A DNA stretch of 63,429 bases, counting the filler, from Folioceros fuciformis (Eukaryota): the NCBI GenBank assembly GCA_049999805.1. It is 4 parts of 4 records of this genome, joined end to end, with 100 filler letters (N's around TTAATTAATTAA, not from the genome) between each part and the next. Parts side by side here need not be neighbours in the genome. Positions count along the whole stretch, not along the records: positions 58,434 to 63,429 come from JBNGIO010005413.1; 3 more parts are not named here. The stretch is one strand, 5' to 3'. Below, piece by piece: positions 61,993 to 63,429 of this stretch. The notes under the pieces were generated by a model. The model searched no databases. It saw nothing but the letters and a program-made list of their open reading frames with translations, and had not been told where the DNA came from. Position numbers and translations under genes: made by a program. Numbering within the stretch: the stretch's first letter is position 1; each line of letters begins with the position of its first letter.

Positions 61993-63429
61993 TGCAGCGT
62001 GGAATTGGTATGTTGAGCTGAAGACAGGGCTAGAGATTCTGACCTTTTTGCTGTAGCGTGATCAAGGCTAGGAACCGGCTGATAGTTAGGGTTAGATTAG
62101 GGAATTGTAGGTAACCTTGACACTAATTCACTCCCTTGGGAGCAAATCATAAGACTCCAACGATAATAAGGGGAAGTGTGGCCCCTTGGTGGTTCTTGGG
62201 TGTAAGAATCACTCCACAGATACCTACCCAGGTTTGTAGTTATGGAGGACCTAATTGAGGGAGGGATCATTGATCCAAAGGCCTTGTGAAGGGCGACTTG
62301 GACATCCTTCTCGCAAGCATGGCTGCCAACTTCTAGACAATTCTACAATGGAGTCACAACGGAAGAAGCAATGCATGCGGCCTGGGGGCGCATGCATTGC
62401 TTAATTGCTTGATTGTGGTAGAAGAACAAGCATGGTCTTTCTCCAACGTCGCCTCTCGAGAGGGAGAAAATGTAGCTCTTTGTTGGCAAATGAGAGAGTT
62501 AGCGAAGCAACTAACAGTTCTCAGTGAAAGAGTGGTGGATGCCACTGCTGGAATTTGAGAGGAGTCCAAGAACCTGCACACAAAGTGTGACCATGCCATG
62601 CAAGAGGCTATGAAGGCTAAGGCCTCCATCCTAGTACTCTAGGAGTTGATCACTTCTTAGGAGTTCGAAAGGTGGAGGTGTTTAGTCAGCTCGAGGTGGC
62701 AATGAGGGCAGCATGAGCTACTGAGGAAGATTGTGTTTGGCTCCAGCATGAGGAGGAGGCTCATACCCATGGGGAACAGGGCGCAGCTAAGGCTGAGGCC
62801 ATGGAGATGGCATACATGGAAGAGCGGGCCAACTGGGCGAAGAAGGCCGAGATGCAGGATACATATCGAAGTCCTATAGCAAATGTCCTGCTATCTTGGT
62901 TGCATAGCTATTATGGCTAGTTACTAACAATAGTATCATATTTTTCTATACTAACCGTATATGTGTCTTACTTATGGTCCACACCTAACCAAATCCGTAT
63001 CGATAATTCAAGCATCTAGTCTTGTTTGCCATGACGTTTGTGATAATTAGCGTGAAACCACTGCAATTTGTCTGGCCGCTTGCCCACAAGCAAACATCAA
63101 GCAATTCGACTACACGGGCTACCTACGTCTCTTTTAATCTGACAGGCACCGTCTTATCTTTAATGCTACCCGCCGGATCCCGCAAATGTATCTTGCCTGT
63201 TAGCTTGCTTAACTGCTCCTCACTCTATGTAGTATCTCATGGCACTTTTTGCACCAACACCATATGATCCGATCATGTGCTCATGCTCGTCATCCGCATG
63301 CCCATCATGTGCATGTGACCATCCCCTCACACATGCCCGGCTTCTCTTACATACGGCTTTGTGCCACAACACGGATCGGGACTCCTACTGGAGAGGGGAA
63401 TCAAGCGCGGGATGGAGAGGAAGGCCTCT

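Overview
Eukaryotic nuclear DNA from a land plant, most likely a non-seed plant (mostly short GT-AG introns, non-seed-plant-type retroelements), in a gapped scaffold. From left to right: (1) a degenerate non-LTR reverse transcriptase remnant; (2) convergent tafazzin (+) and HECT E3 ligase UPL6 (-) genes; (3) about 18 kb of TE-rich DNA with one decayed Ty1/copia and a three-layer copia nest; (4) a ~23 kb gene island dominated by AT14A-like-clan helical proteins: two head-to-head DUF677/UPF0496 genes, fragments of a dead DUF677 copy, a giant ~1650-aa BPS1/DUF793-like gene with a huge disordered insert, a normal BPS1/ROH1-like gene and a BPS1-like pseudogene, with an MRL7/RCB thioredoxin-fold gene embedded; (5) another copia inserted into a PHD-finger Ty3/gypsy integrase; (6) GC-rich and telomere-like repeats. 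The most interesting signals are the DUF677/BPS1 cluster and an antisense accessory ORF that recurs directly 3' of pol in three copia elements. All family calls are by motif recognition from memory, not database search.
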